DNA from: Octopus vulgaris
Lineage: Eukaryota
Length of the DNA stretch: 62,000 nucleotides
Assembly (NCBI GenBank): GCA_951406725.2
Contig: OX597821.1
Span: 102,196,001 to 102,258,000, forward strand
Direction of reading: 5' to 3'
The number at the start of each line of letters is the position of its first letter. The stretch's first letter is position 1. The translations under genes and the position numbers were made by a program. This document shows positions 15,986 to 29,719 of this stretch, piece after piece. The notes under the pieces are model-generated. The model did no database searches. It was not told where the DNA came from and saw only the letters and a program-made list of their open reading frames with translations.

Positions 15986-17109
15986 AAAGATTTAACATAA
16001 ACACAATAATTGGAAAATTTTATAAAACCATAAAAAACAAAATTAATAGTTAATTCCTCACCATACCTGGTTAGAGAGAGAGAGAGAGAGGCTTATTAAA
16101 CAAATACCTATCTAGCTAGCTAGATATTTGTTTAAGAAATTGATTGGTAAATTACTAGTAATTGAATAAAATGAAAATCAGTCTGCTCAGTTTATGTCGG
16201 TCCTTAGGAATTGTGGGTTTAAAAATAGTCTCTGCTGGCAGTTAACCCTTTTGATACCAACTCACCTAAGACTCTCTCAGTCTTTATGATGCAAACTTTG
16301 TGTTTTAAAGTGATCCATCCATCTGTTATTACATCCATCCATTCATCTCTGTCCACTATTCTTGAGAGGGTCATGGTAGTAGAGTCCTCAGGCAATTCTT
16401 TCATAGGGTCCTATCAGAAGCAGCTATTCTTATTCTTTCTTGCTGGATTCCTAGACATGACCAACGAAGGCTATGAATATTATCCAATCATCTCACCCTT
16501 GCTCTGCTCCCAGCCTCCTGCCATTTGGCTCGGATTGAACAATCTGTCTTACAATCCTTTCCTGTGACCACCATCATAATCATTTAACATCCGTTTTCCA
16601 TGCTGGCATGGTTGGGACACTTTGACAAGAGCTAGTCAACCAGAGAGCTGCACCAAGCTCCTGTTGTCTGTTTTGGCATGGTTTCTATGGCTGGATGCCC
16701 TTCCTAATGCCAACCACTTTACAGAGTGTGCTGGGTGCTTTTTATGTGATACCAGCATTTGTGAGCTCACAAGACAAGGACTTCTTGGCTGAGAGAGGGA
16801 TAGCCAAAAGTACAAGAATAGTACACAACATAAAAACACAAGACTGAAAATTAAACACTGTAAGGTTGTTTGTGGTTCTTTATTTTATTTTGTTTTGTAT
16901 CTAGGTTTTTTTTTTTGCTGTTTTGTTTATATTGTTGGTCTGTGACAGCTGTAGCTGACTTTTCACTGTTGTTGCTATTCTAGTCTTCCATACTTAACTG
17001 TAGCATTGAAACTGTCCCATTCTTCTTGTAAGAGTCTCTGCTTATATTTCCTTCTACTCTGCCATTTCTTGTAATTCAAAATGCCCAAAGGAATAATTAT
17101 CCACTGCCA

Positions 17110-17840
17110 CAACACTGATAATGCATTAACCCACCACCACCACCACCAAAACAACAACAAACTATCACACTATTACCACCACCACCACAACTACAAAGAC
17201 AACAAACTACCACACTACTATCACCATTACCATAACCACAAATTACCACCACCAACAGCAACACAACTTTCACCCTCCATCACCAACACCCTGTCAACAC
17301 AACTCACCACCGTCACCTCCACCACCATTGCCATCAACACCACCACCACTAAATTACATTGTAGTATTCCTTGTAATAATGGAAAGCAATAGTAAACAAG
17401 ATAGGTAAGCATGCACACACACACACACACACTTTCACTCACACACTTATACACAATTACACTCAAGGAAAACAACAGCAGCAGCAGCAATAACAACAAT
17501 AAAGAAAATAGGAACAACTTAATCAACATTAAACTCAAAAACATTAAACATTTGTGTTTGTATACATGTGGTGAGGCCACCACATTTAGATGTATGAGCC
17601 CTGTGATATTACAGCTACTGTTGCATCAACAACAACAACATTTTATTCTGTTATTGCAACAAGGGTGACAGATGAGAGGACTTAACTAATACTAACAATA
17701 ATAATAACAACAACACCAAAACAAACCACAGACATTCTCAAGGCACACAGAACTGCAACTGGTAGAACAGTGAAAGCACACAATAACAATAGAACTACTG
17801 AGACAAAAAACAGTAACAACACCTACAACAATAATAATAA
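17110..17840. repeat. Low-complexity (CAC)n/(CAA)n/(CA)n tract
   Basis: Degenerate trinucleotide repeats seen directly. Confidence 0.85.
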
Positions 17841-18000
17841 TAATTGCTGCCAAGCTTGTATTTCTCATTGGATACTGGATGCATTAACTGGGCAATATTG
17901 TTTTTATTAAAGTTTTTTTAAAAAAGTACAAGAGAGAAGAGTGAGAAAGAAAGAGGAAAAATAAAAGAAAAAAAAACACTTGGAAGAGGTAAAAACAGAA

Positions 18001-18531
18001 ATGTCTTACATTGACAAAGTGGATAACTGGGATGTTACAAGCGTTAGGAAAGAGACGGACAGTGTTATTACTTCTGAAAGATCAAAAAAACGAAGTAAGC
18101 ACAGTAGATCAAAAAAATCCGTCACAAACTCAACATACACACACAATTTTGAACCACCGCCACCACCTTCATCATCAGACTTCCATTTTCAGAACCCTCA
18201 ACTGCCTGAGGTGGAATCAACTTCTAACCATTCTTATAGACCGAATAATGAAAAGCAGCTAAACAATAAAGATAAGAAGAATTTTGGCAACTCTGCTATA
18301 CAGAAACCCAATCTGAGTACTTTTAAATCTCCACCTTCAACACCACCACCTTCCAAATCAGAAAGGGTTAACTCTGCAAATCCTTATATTGTACCTGTGG
18401 AAACCTCCGTTCGTTCGCAACCTGTAGCAATACAAACAAGGTGTGAAACTTCTGAAAATCAAGGATGGGCAAAGCAAAAATACAAGAAGTGTGTGGAAAA
18501 AGTAACCGAAAACCCTTTCCGGATTAGCAAG
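18001..18531 (+). CDS. Uncharacterised single-pass membrane protein, coding exon 1 (177 codons, Pro/Ser/Lys-rich)
   Basis: ATG at 18001, non-repetitive ORF, phase-0 donor AAG|GTTTGC. Upstream UTR or coding exons cannot be excluded. Confidence 0.72.
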
Positions 18532-18609
18532 GTTTGCTCTTTTTTATAATTGTATTTTGTACAGGACAAAGGTCAGGATTGTGGGTTCCATACCATTCTG
18601 AAAATATAC

Positions 18610-19242
18610 ATGTTTAGGTATGGTTGTATGGTTAACAGACTTGCTTTTTAAACATGGTTTCAAGTTCAGCCCCACAGTGCGACACCTGGGGCATCTTCTA
18701 CTATGGCTCTGGGTTAACCAACGGCTTGTGAGTGAATTTCATATATATGTAAGTGGGTGTGTGTTCCTGTCTGCTTGCAACTGCCCCCCGCTCCCCATTT
18801 GACAACCAGCATGTTTCCTTCCCCATAACTTAGTGGTTCAGCAAAAGAGGCAGATAGAGTAAGTACCGGATTTTTAAAAAAGCAAAAAAAAAAAAAAAAT
18901 GCAGAAGTACTGGGGGTGATTTGTTTGACTAAAACCCTTCAAGATGGTGCCCCAGCATGGCCACAGTCTAATGATTGATAAGTGAAATAAAGAAAAGGTT
19001 GTCATCAGATAACACAATTAAGTGCACTCTTTGTTAAGATCTATTTTTAAAAAATCATTACTTTATCCTCTTTGACTCTTTGATAGGCATGGCCGTGTGG
19101 TAAGAAGTTTGCTTCCCAGCCACATGGTTCCAGGTTCAGTTCCACTGTATTTGGGCAAGTGTCTTCAAAAATAGCCTCAGGCTGACCAAAGCTTTATGAG
19201 TGGATTTGATAGACAGAAACACAGAAAGTGAAAGAAGCCTGT

Positions 19243-19291
<49 letters not shown>

Positions 19292-19877
19292 ATGTGTGTG
19301 TGTGTATGTAATATATATGTGTGTGTGTGTGTGTATGTAATATATATGTGTGTGTGTGTGTGTATTTATGTGTCTCTTTGTATTTGTCTCCTACCACTGC
19401 TTGACAACTGGTGCTGGTATGTTTACATCTCTGTAACATAGCAGTTCAGTAAAAGAGACCAATAGAATAAGTACTAGGCTTTAAAAATAAATCCTGGATT
19501 GATTCATTCAACTAAAAGCCCTCCAAGGTGGTGCCCCAGCATGGTCACAGTCAAATGACTAAAATAAGTAAAACATAAAAGATACCAAGCTCACCTAAGT
19601 CTACCTTTGATTCCATGATACAAAACTGACCAAAATACCAGCTTTAACTCTTTAGCATTCAGCTCATTCTATCAAATGGTGTGTTTAATCATTCATATTC
19701 ATCATCATTATATAGGTGCAGGAGTGGCTGTGTGGTAAGTAGCTTGCTTACCAACCACATGGTTCTAGGTTCAGTCCCACTACGTGGCACCTTGGGCAAG
19801 TGTCTTCTAATATAGCCTCAGGCCAACCAAAGCCTTGTGAGTAGATTTGGTAGATGGAAACTGAAAGAAGCCCATCG

Positions 19878-19910
<33 letters not shown>

Positions 19911-20075
19911 ATACATTTGTGTGTCTGTGTTTGTCCCCCCCAACATCGCTTGACAACCGATGCTGGTGTGTTTACGTCCCCGTAACTTAGCAGTATGGCA
20001 AAAGAGACTGATACAAAGAATAAGACCTGGGGTCAATTTGCTCAACTAAAGGTTCCAGCATGGAAACAAGTAAAA
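18610..20075 (+). mobile_element. Three consecutive SINE family A copies in the intron of the membrane-protein gene
   Basis: Copies at about 18610-18990, 19085-19580 and 19715-20075, all on the + strand. Confidence 0.85.
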
Positions 20076-20644
20076 GAGTTCCATTTGCTTCAGACTTATC
20101 TCTAATTCTAGTGAAAATAAAGTTTTATAGGTGGATCTGTTTGAAACTCTCTCCTAAACTACCTTTGCACTTTGACTGCTTTTTCACCCTTCCAGTAACA
20201 CTGTAGGATAAATTTCCATTGTTCAAAGCTTACCCTGACTTCTTTCTATTTCTATTGGGTTAAACCTAAAAGGAAATAATAATTGAGTTATCAGCTGTTC
20301 AAGTGTGTATATATGGGTGTTTGTGATAACCTTCTACACATCTTCTGCCTATCAAATTTACTCACAAGGCAATTTGTGGCTATAGTATAGGGTATTTTCT
20401 GAAGGTGCTTCATAGTAGGACTGAACCTGAAATCATGTGGTTGTGAAGTCAACTTCTTAACCACACAACCATATAAATAACACACACACACACACACACA
20501 AAGATGCATTAATTATATAATTTAATTATATATGCAATTAAAAATCTAGGATGTAAATACCTTGGTGTACATGTATGTATGTGTTATTTGTTAGCACATT
20601 TATATGCATATCTTAATATTTTTCTTTCTCTCTTTCTGTTACAG

Positions 20645-20770
20645 GATTGCTGCAGTGACTGGATGAAACATTGGTGGTGGGTAGTTTTACTGTTGTTACT
20701 GAGTGTTATTGGAATCATCATTGGAACCATTCTGGCTCTAGTTCCTTTAAGGTCCAACCATGAAGATTAA
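20645..20770 (+). CDS. Uncharacterised membrane protein, coding exon 2 (DCCSDWMKHWWW, TM helix, RSNHED*)
   Basis: Strong acceptor tttctttctctctttctgttacag, phase 0 matches exon 1, 23-residue hydrophobic stretch VVLLLLLSVIGIIIGTILALVPL, TAA stop. Confidence 0.78.
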   Translation, partial: DCCSDWMKHWWWVVLLLLLSVIGIIIGTILALVPLRSNHED

Positions 20771-20783
20771 TGCCTTCATTGCA

Positions 20784-20789
20784 AATAAA
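20784..20789 (+). promoter_or_regulatory. Candidate polyadenylation signal AATAAA
   Basis: Canonical hexamer 13 nt after the stop; chance occurrence is likely in AT-rich DNA. Confidence 0.3.
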
Positions 20790-22657
20790 TGGATAAAGAA
20801 GAGGTTGATAGTGTAAGTGAAACTAAATCAAATATATGTATTAAAAATATTCTTTTGAAAATTTGTCACTGAAAAATATCCAAAAATATCACATAATCAC
20901 TACAACATTTTATATTTGTCCAGGTACTTGTATACACACACACACACATTCGCTTTTTTTGCAGCTTGAGTAACCATATATCTTCTCTATAGCAAGACAC
21001 CTTTCCTATACTTTAACCTCTCATCACCTATTATAAAGTCACTTCCCCCAGAATACACTCCACTCATCTGAGGCGGCTTATCTTGCCAGTTAATTGGTGA
21101 CCTCATGTGTTTTCTCAGTATGCTCTGTAAAATGGTTGGTGATATGAAGAACATCCAGCTGTAAGAACCATATGAAAGCAGACAGTTGTTTGGCAGTCCT
21201 CTGACTTGTCAGCACCTGTTAAACCATCCAACCCATGCTAGCATTGAAACCAAACATTAAATAATGGTGAAAATAATGTTGATGATGTGTGTGTGTGTCT
21301 GTGTGCACCTCCTCATCTTTTTACATCTATTTTTCATGCTGGCATGATACACATAGATTGTCAACATCCAAAGCAGTTCTTATTCAGAGTTACTCCTTGC
21401 AAAACAGGTCAGAAACCACACCTTGCTTATACACTTCATTTTGGCTAGAAGCCTTTCCTATCACCAATTGCTTTACAATGTGCTCAAGGTGCAGTTTTTG
21501 GTGGCACATTACATAAGCGATGAAAATTTTATCACTGGCATCTTGTCTCATCAAAATAAAAGATGATGTTCATGAAAGTGGCAGGTATTTTTTCTAGCAC
21601 CTCATTCTTGCAATCACCCACAGTAATGCTTGAGTGTTTAGGGTTGCTTTAAAATTTTTTAGAGAGAATTACCAGTGTACTTGTGCATAACTGAGAGTGA
21701 GTGTATGCTCTTTTGACCAATTTTTATTGTTCTTCTAGGAACGTAATAATTTTTTGTTTTGAAAACTATGAAGCCGAGTATTATTTATTGGTAAATTAAG
21801 AAAAAAAATACTGGTTGTGAATCACTGCGTTCTCTGTTCAAATTTCCCAGTTGATTTTCCAATGTGCTTTTGTGACATTCTTACAATAAGTAACAAAACT
21901 ACCAGACTGTTGATTCAATCAAATATTCTTCTTCTTTAAAAATGATGTTGACCATTTTTTTTTTCAACGCTAGAAATATTTTTCATTGAAAAAAAATTGA
22001 TCTATTTCATTCTTATATATAAATCGGACTATAAAACTGCAATAACAAGAAAATATGGAGGGGAAACAATGCAATGTCTCAGAAATGATATAAGGGAGAT
22101 AATTTTATCTAAAGAGTTCGATGATGGGAGATAATATTTCATAGTAATGGCATAGGAATTGTTAGCTTCAAAGGTGATAAAGACAAATAGAATGTATTAT
22201 TATTGCACCGGTTTTGTTGAGTTATTCACCAGCATGTTACCATATATCAACTTTTGTATATCATTGAACTGACGCTGGCTATTACCACCTGTTGTTGACA
22301 GCTGCTAAATTAATAAACATAGGTTCTCAAGAATGTAGTTTGAGTTCAAATTTCAATAAAAGTTGATCTTGCCCTGTCTTACTGTGAAGTCCATAAAGTA
22401 AATTATTATACAGGCTGAAGAGACATATGATCAATGATGTTCAAGCCGTAATCATCTTGTCTCTGTTTTAGTCAGGAGCTGGACAAAACTGCCGTGAGAA
22501 CCCTCTCCATTAAAGTAGAAATAAGGATAAGAGTCCCTTAGTTCAAATGTGTGCTGCATGTTCTGTTTGTTGAGAGCTGAACATGCTATTCATATGAGGT
22601 CTCATGACAGCATTTATTAATTAACGAGGTAGCCTTCTTCTGTAAAGTGGTTTCAAC

Positions 22658-22699
<42 letters not shown>

Positions 22700-22764
22700 A
22701 CTCATGTAATATTTTGTCTGGGTTTTCACATTTTGGGTTCATTGGGAATACATGAAAGAGTCAT

Positions 22765-24490
22765 ACCCAATGACTAGTGTAGCAGCATCATAGCCAAATG
22801 CTACAAAGGTAAAGGTGATGCCTAAGATACAAATAATTACAGAGGTATCAAGTTATTGGATCAGGTGATGACAGTCATGGAGAGGGTCATAGCCCAACTA
22901 ATTAGGGAGAGAGTTAGTTTAGATGAGATGCAGTCTGGTTTAAACTAAGGAGAAGCACCACTGATGCTATATTTCTGGTAAGACAGCTGCAGGAGAAATA
23001 CCTAGCCAAACATAAAAATTTCTGTACTTGGCTTTCGTTGACATGGAGAAAGCCTTTGACAGGGTCCCCCAATCCTTATCTGGTGGTCAAAGTGGAAACT
23101 AGGAATAGATGAGTGGTGAGTGAGAGCTGTACAAGCGATGTACAGGGATGCTGTCAGTAAGGTGAGGGTTGGCAACAAATATAGTGAAGAATTTCGGGTA
23201 GAAGTAGAGGTTCACCAAGGTATAGTTCTCAGCCCCCTCTTATTCATCATAGTCCTCCAGGCAATAACAGAGGAATTCAAAACAGGATGCCCCTGGGAGC
23301 TCCTCTATGCTGATGACCTTGCTTTAATAGCTGAGTCACTATCAGAACTAGAGAAGTTTCAGGTGTGGAAGCAAGGTCTAGAATCGAAAGGCCTTAGAGT
23401 TAAACTAGCAAAAACCAAAGTCTTAATAAGTAGGAAGGCAGACAAAGGACCTTTTGCTTGGAGTGAAATGTAGACTATATGATGCATGTGTGTTGACAGC
23501 CATGCTACACAGCAGTGAAACATGGGCTGTGACTGCTGAGGACATGTGTAAGCTTGCAAGAAATGAAGCTAGTATACTCTGCTGGATGTGTAATGTCAGT
23601 GTGCATACATGACAGAGTGTAAGTGTCCCGAGAGAAAAGTTGGACATAAGAAGGATCGGATGTGGTGTGCAAGAGAGACGACCGTGCTGGTATGGTCATG
23701 TGTTGCATATGGGTGACAGCTGTGTGGAAAAGTATCAAACCCTAAGAGTGGAGGGAACCTGTGGAAGAGGTAGACTCAGCAAGACTTGGGATGAGGTGGT
23801 GAAGCATGACCTTCGAACGTTGGGCCTCACAGAGGCAATGACAAGTGACCAAGACCTTTGGAGATATGCTGTGTTTGAGAAGACTTGGCAAGCCAAGTGA
23901 GACCATAACCATGGCCTATGCCAGTGTCCCACTACCAGCCCATTTAAGAGGACTCTTCAATTACTGGGCAATAAACTGAGCTTGAGAAGACCTGTTGAGT
24001 CAAATAAAATCATTGTCGTGGCTGATGCCAGCACCACCTGACTGGCACCTGTGTCAGTGGTACATAAAAAGTAACATTTGAGCGTGGTTGATGTCAGTCC
24101 CAATGGACTGGCTTCCATGCCGGTGGCACATAAAAAGCACCATACAAACATGGTCGATGCCAATGCCACCTGACTGGTCCCATGCTGGTGGCATGTAAAA
24201 AGCATCATTCAAGTGTGGTCATTGCCAGTTCCGCCTGACTGGCTCCTGTGCCAGTTGCATGTAAAAAGCACCGTTCAAGTGTAATCGATGCCAGTACTGC
24301 CTGACTGGCCCTTGTGCTGTTGACATGTAAAAAGCACCCATTACACTGTTGGAGTGGTTGGCATTAGGAAGGGCATCCAGCTGTAGAAACCATGCCAGAT
24401 CAGATTGGAGCCTGGTGCAGCCACCTGGTTTGCAAGTCCTCATCCAACCCATGCCAATATGGAAAGCAATGTTAAATGATGATAATGATG
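22765..24490 (+). mobile_element. 5'-truncated, decayed RTE-clade LINE (RT, 3' UTR, (GAT)n tail)
   Basis: DMEKAFDRVP, HQGIVLSPLLF, LLYADDL, KLAKTK, GRGRLSKTWDEVV..DL motifs with frameshifts, running into the abundant ..AGGAAGGGCATCCAGCTGTAGAAAC..GATGAT tail. Confidence 0.9.
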
Positions 24491-27400
24491 TCATTTTCCT
24501 TGTTTGTTAATATCAGTAAATTTGGGCATTGCCATCAAGTTTATGACAAGGAAGAGATTGGTTAAAATATAATAGAATCCATGTGATATATTGTTTGCCT
24601 GGGATTCACATTACAAATGATGGTTGTGCATGTAAGCTGAAGCATTAGCGAAAGTTTTCTGAAGTGCTGTTAGATTGGTTGTTTTGTGACTTTGGATGTT
24701 AGTATTTCAGAAGTTTACTCCAGAATTCCTTGAAGAGTCAATCCTATCTTTTGCAGTAGACTGACAACTCCAAGTATGTTTCGATCTTATTAGACCTCAT
24801 TAAAAAAAAAACATAGTTTATTTTTATTATCAAATTTTAGACTGACTAGATAAGATGTGAGATTTTTCTGAATGGATAGTGAATGACATGATTACTATGT
24901 AATTGTGAACATGTTAATAGTGAATAAAAGTGTCACTTTCATTTGAATTCCTTTTTGGTAAACAGTAACTTAGTGGTTTGGTCAAAGTGACCAATAGAAT
25001 AAGTACTAGACTAAAAAAAAAAAGGACTGGGGTTGATTCATTCGACTAAAAATTCTTCATGGCAGCGCTGCAGCATGGCCATGGTCGAATGACTGAAGCA
25101 TGAAAAAGATAAAAGACGTTAAGAATTTTTACTAAAACTGCATGGACGAAATTTGGGATAGAAGGCTACCAGAGGAATAGCATTTAAAATTCATAAGACG
25201 AGTCTTGTCACACAGAGAATCACACTGATTCTGGCTGAGTATTAGGTGAAAGATACCTGTATTTGTAGATTATCCAGCCACTAATGCTGTTAAGTTTCAT
25301 TGATCAACCAAGTGGTATACTTTTTCATAATCAAAATCGATAGAATAGCTACAAAGTTATTATTTGCGAGAACATTAATTTGGGTTAAAAATCAAGCTAA
25401 CGTGAATGGGGATTCTGCATCAAGTCTTTTTGGACTCTACTTAGCTCATGCTGTATCCTAGTTAGGTGCAAAACACAAAACATTCTATAACAGAAAATGG
25501 TGTAATGTTACAAATATTGATATCGTACAGCAGGTGTGGTTTCATTTATAAGAAATTAGATGAATAAATTGAAAATTAATTTCTAAAATATATATATATA
25601 TAAAAGTTAATAGAAGCGTCACATTCATTTTAATTTCTTTTTGATAAACAGTAAAAATGTAATTTACTAAAATTATGGATTTGGTGCTTTTCTACACGAT
25701 AGTCAAAGGGAGATAAATCCTTACAGTAACAAATTCTATTGCACAGCAAATATTGAAATTGTCAGATTATTTTATCCGAGATATTGCACCGCTGCAGTCA
25801 TTAACCACATAACCAAGCAAACTCTTCTGATTCAGCAAACTTATCGAATCATTCCAGCCGTGACCATCTCGTTATATCAAGGGGTACATTGTCCAATACC
25901 TCTTTCTTAAGGATGGCAGAGTAGATTTTAAGCAAATTTGGTTGCTAATTCTATTGAGTTGAATGACCACATAGAAGCTTTCTTGTTGTTGATCCTTCTT
26001 CAATAACTGTTGATGGTTTGTTTTCTCTTTTGCTTGGAAAAGGAGTTATTTGAATACTGGTACCATTTTAGTATGTGGAAGTCGCTGAAGTTTCAAGTCT
26101 GCTAGTTTAAATTTATTTTGATGTTATTAAGTTGGTCCCTGAAATAAGGTCCCATCTTTTATTTTCCAAGTAAAATTTTTGTCAAAATTAATATTAAAAA
26201 AATAGAAATAACAAAGTAATTAAAATAATGGTTTAAAATTTTGGCATAAGCCAGCAAGTTTGATGGAAGGGAATAAGTTGATTACATTAACCCATGTACT
26301 TGACTGGTACTTTGCTTTTCATCCTTCGGAAGTCAATAAAATAATGTCGACCAAAGTTGAATTTGAACTCAAAATGGAAAGAGCTGGATGAAATGTTTTG
26401 CTGCATTTTGTCTGACACACTAATGATTCTGCCAGCTTGCTGCTTTAAGAAGGAAAAAAATGTATCATATTTATCCTCAATTAACATTCATCTTTCCCAC
26501 CAGCCAGGGTTGGATGATTTGGCGGGATCCATTGAGCTGGACTGTATTGAGCTCCAATGCCTGCTTTGACATGGTTTGGATACCCTTCCAAACACCAACC
26601 ACTTTACAAAATGTACTGAGTGCTTCTTCCATGATACCAGCACTACAAGGTGACTAGGTAACTAACAAGACAAAGAAAAGATGCTTGACTAAGTAGGGTT
26701 GTAGCAAAGAGGGTGATGGCTTTATACCTTGCTACAGAAGAAATACATGGCTTCTCTGCAGTATATAAGGGCATGCGGGTCTAGCTATAAAGAAGACAAT
26801 ACTGGTGAGGATGAGGCGTCAGAGCATAATCTCAAAGCACAAGAAAGTGATTAGAGAGAATACAGACAAATAATCTTAGATGAATTCATTCAAGTATGAA
26901 AGGAGAGTAACAGACGGTTAGAGATGGGTGTTGAAGTGAATGGAATAAGGGAGGTGTCGTCAATGGTATGTATCAGTGTGAGGGGGAGACGAAAGAATAG
27001 GAATGGCTCAAGGAGATGATAAATTGCAGTACAAGAAAGGAAGATAGCAGCAACATAATAAACTTATGCACAGTACTTAACCTATTAACACTAGTCCAAG
27101 GGAAATAACTCTTTCATCCATTAATATCAGTTCATGGGAAATAACTCTTTCTCAATATTTTTCAATATCAATATACCACCACCACCTGTCTGTCTGTCTC
27201 TCAATAGAACTGCTACCCCCGCTATCTCTTTCTATCTATTTTTCTCTTCAGCTAACTTTTTAACCACGTAATAAGTATTCCTTCCCCTTTTTCTGTCATT
27301 CTTCTCTTCTACCCTCAGCTGACCACGTGATGCATTTGGCCTAAATGTATTAATATTAATCAGCTTTCTCTACTTCCTCTCTCCTTTCTTCACTCCCTCT

Positions 27401-29257
27401 CTCTCTACCTCTGCAATTAACTAATGTATAACTGGCAAATGAACATGCAGATTATTATATATACAGATTATAATATATATATATACAAATTTTTTTCTTT
27501 CTTTTTCAGTAACAAAGAAAAGAGAGAAAGCAATTTTGTTTTCTTCTGCATCGACCAAAACTAAAGACAAATTTTTGCAACAATGTATTTCCCCACCAAA
27601 ACAGGACACCTTTAAAATACACATTTTCTTCTTTTCACCATTTACTTTATATATATAACAACTTGTAAAGTTTATTCAATGCCAATTTTTAAATCCTTCT
27701 GTCCAACCAGAAGACATCATAAACAGAGTTCATCAACAATCTACAGAAGACTTCTGCGAAAAACCATAATTTGATCTAATAATATAATTAATCAATCATT
27801 TACTAACAAACATTTATTAAGTATGCAATGCACTATCATTATTCTGTCTAATTTGTACACTAAGCACCAACTAGCTTATCATCTAGTTGTGCTTAATTTA
27901 ATAAACTCTAAAACATGACTGTGTGACTAGAATGTTTGTTCTGTAAGTACATGGATCCAGATGTGATCTTAGTGTGCAACTGTCTCTTATCTTGCCTTGA
28001 TATTCTCGTATGGAACTTGATAGAAGGAAACTGTGTAGAAACCTGATGTATGTATATATAAATATATACACATTCAGACATATACAGCACATATACATCT
28101 TTTCACTTCAAGCCTAGTTCCATTTTCTTCTTTCAGTTATTTTTATTCTTTTAAAGTCCACTCACTCTCCTACTTCACATCTCAATACCATACACACATT
28201 TCTCTCCCTATCATTTGTCTACTCTCAATATATCTTTTATTTTATCACTTTACCTCTCTAATTCCCATTTCCTGTTTGCATTTCTATATATTTCAGCATC
28301 TGCTTTCATGACTTCCTTTCTCACTTGCTGGCCTCTTCACCCCTCCACTCACCACACACTTAGTCAATCTTCCACCTATCTATTTATCTCTCTCAGGACA
28401 GTCTTCGTCCCACCACCATATCAGAAAGGGAGGAAACCAACAAAAAAAAACACACATTTGGCATTTTATATTTTAAGCTATACATGTTTTTATGTATGTG
28501 AATCTGTACCTGTATTCATGTTTACACACCAATTGTTATTGTGTTCCTTTAAAGTTTATGAATTAGTAATTTGGTTAATAGAAATTGTTAAAATAACAAC
28601 CAGACTAGAATATGTAATAGGGTCAGTATGATGGACTTGTCAGTACTCAAGCATGGCTGCAGTCCAAATACTGAAACTTGTAACTAACTTTTTAAAACTG
28701 TTTTGTATTTGCCTTTTATATATTTTACAATTTATTTGAATAAATTATTTAAAAATTAATTAAATTTTATGTTAATATTGTTATTTATTTTAAGCAAATA
28801 TATAAGGATATATTCTTAAATGAAGTGTGTGTGGCTTGGTGGTTCGGGTGTTGCACTCATAATTGCAAAATTGTGGTTTCAATTCCTGGACCAGGGAGTG
28901 TGTTGTGTTGTGTTCTTGAGCAAAACACTTCATTTCACATTACTCCACTGTAAACGAATTACCCTGCAATGGATTGGCATCCTATTTAAAGGGAATGTCA
29001 TGATTTTGGTCAATTATACACTTTAGACCCAGTGGGGTGGCATCAGTTGAAAGCTACAACATGAAGAAGCACATTATGACTAGTGGTGGATAATAATGAT
29101 ATTCTTATGTATTTAGTCTCCCTGTGAGCAATATCAAATATAAATAAACTAAAATAAATTGTTGTCAAAATAAAAAGCCAATGGAAAAAAAAAGAAGAGT
29201 AAAGGAAAAAAAATTATAAAGAGTTGTTTTTTAATTAAATATTTTACTTTATTTTTT

Positions 29258-29719
29258 TTACCAAAATATCTCATATTTTTCTTGAATGTTTTTAATATTC
29301 CTAGAGAGAGATTCTTTTATTTGTGATTCTTTTAGAACAGTGAGAAGATCAAACATTGAGTCCAAAAGATGACACACAAAAGAGGCACTTATCTTAGAAT
29401 CATTCACTGATATTAAATTCATTGATATTTCTTGTAAATCTTCTTTGTTGCCTGAAGTTTTCAAATTTTCTAGATTGTTTGTTTTCGTTTGGAAATGAAT
29501 ACCACCAGATTCCAGTTTCAATGTTTGATCAAAGTAAAGAGATGCATAGGAGTTTAAAAATGATGTGGTTTCAACAAGATATAGCAATACGGTTTCACTG
29601 TTAAACCATGGCAGAAACTTAAGGATCAAAACTAAATTTGAAAATGTCTGGGATATCACCAAAATGGCGAACAACACATTTGTAGTTTGGTTGAGAACAT
29701 TTTCTGAAAGAATTAGTTT
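29258..29719 (-). CDS. GEMIN4: Gemin4 terminal exon 15 (KLILSENV...KYEIFW*)
   Basis: ttttatattccag acceptor, phase 0, TAA stop at 29260-29258; AATAAA follows at 29253-29248. Confidence 0.82.
   Translation of the reverse strand, partial: KLILSENVLNQTTNVLFAILVISQTFSNLVLILKFLPWFNSETVLLYLVETTSFLNSYASLYFDQTLKLESGGIHFQTKTNNLENLKTSGNKEDLQEISMNLISVNDSKISASFVCHLLDSMFDLLTVLKESQIKESLSRNIKNIQEKYEIFW

Noticed and set aside
21590-21660. hAT dimerisation-like motif (LILAITHSNA*VFRV)
   Set aside because: Too short and degraded to support a call.
24050-24350. CRISPR-like repeat-spacer appearance of GGCACGTAAAAAGCACC units
   Set aside because: The spacers are homologous to each other, the array lies in a LINE 3' UTR, the genome is eukaryotic and there are no cas genes.
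27421-27624. Extra Gemin4 3' exon
   Set aside because: Exon 15 already ends in TAA at a position matching the recalled human C-terminus, and this ORF shows no similarity.
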